64,000 nt of DNA, from the NCBI RefSeq assembly GCF_018350175.1, contig NC_058373.1, positions 100,814,001 to 100,878,000 on the forward strand, given 5' to 3'. Positions 63,401-64,000 of the stretch are shown here, in pieces. The notes under the pieces are model-generated. The model did no database searches. It had not been told where the DNA came from and saw only the letters and a program-made list of their open reading frames with translations. The position numbers and the translations under genes were made by a program. Source of the DNA: Felis catus. Its lineage: Eukaryota. Each line of letters begins with the position of its first letter. The stretch's first letter is position 1.

Positions 63401-64000
63401 TTGATCAAATTGGTTAGTGGTTTATCAATTTTGTTAATTCTTTCAAAGAACCAGCTTCTGGTTTCATTGATCTGTTCTAACGTTTTTTGTGTTTTTTTTT
63501 TGTTTTTTTGGGTTTTTTTTTTTTGGTTTCGATAGCATTAATTTCTGCCCTAATTTTTATTACTTCCTGTCTTCTACTGGTTTTGGGTTTTATCTGCTGT
63601 TCTTTTTCCAGCTCTTTAAGGCGTAAGGTTAGGTTGTGTATCTGAGATCTTTCTTCCTTCTTTAGGAAGACCTGGATTGCTATATACTTTCCTCTTATGA
63701 CCGCCTTTCCTGCGTACCAGAGGTTTTGGGTTGTGGTGTTATCATTTTCATTGGCTTCCATGAAATTTTTAATTTCCTCTTTAACTTCTTGGTTAGCCCA
63801 TTCATTCTTTAATAGGATGTTCTTTAGTCTCCAAGTATTTGTTACCTTTCCAAATTTTTTTCCTGTGGTTGATTTCGAGTTTCATAGCGTTGTGGTCTGA
63901 AAATATGCACGATGTGATCTCCATCTTTTTGTACTTGTTGAGGGCTGATTTGTGTGCCAGTATGTGTTCTATTCTGGAGAACGTTCCATGTGCACTGGAA
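60486..64000 (-). mobile_element. Carnivore LINE-1: 3' UTR plus frameshifted ORF2, running off the window edge
   Basis: Six ORF pieces in different frames match L1 ORF2p, including [32 protein letters not shown] and EYYSAIKKNEILPFA. Confidence 0.97.

Noticed and set aside
60743..63761. L1 ORF2 pieces as an active retrotransposon or host gene
   Set aside because: Broken into at least six frames; this copy cannot encode full ORF2p
1..64000. tRNA, snRNA, rRNA or mitochondrial insertion
   Set aside because: The only tRNA-like sequences are SINE heads; nothing else was recognisable by eye

Overview
Mammalian nuclear DNA from a feliform carnivore, probably a cat-family genome. About 22 tRNA-derived Can-SINEs are present, and several carry the feliform-type TGTGCTGACAGCTCAGAGCCTGGAGCCTG insert. 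The window is mostly interspersed repeats: Can-SINE, MIR, L2, CR1/L3, old and younger L1, MaLR/ERVL-type LTRs, hAT and Tigger DNA elements, and microsatellites. It ends in a 3.5 kb frameshifted L1 ORF2 on the minus strand. I cannot name any intact protein-coding gene, RNA gene or CRISPR array. The most interesting signal is a chain of about 10 exon-like, repeat-free segments on the minus strand (56.2, 47.7, 45.0, 44.2, 41.6, 40.5, 35.9, 35.4, 34.3 and 15.7 kb). They are bounded by AG/GT sites, end at an AATAAA, and translate into E/K/Q/R-rich peptide riddled with stops and frameshifts; one is split by a SINE. This suggests a unitary pseudogene or a pseudogene-derived spliced lncRNA, but it is a by-eye inference and pseudo-exons are common. 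Other notable items are a perfect five-unit heat-shock element, an NF-kB/RUNX/GC-box/SOX motif cluster, back-to-back poly(A) signals and several nested transposon insertions. Repeat family names are from memory of consensus sequences, and boundaries are approximate.
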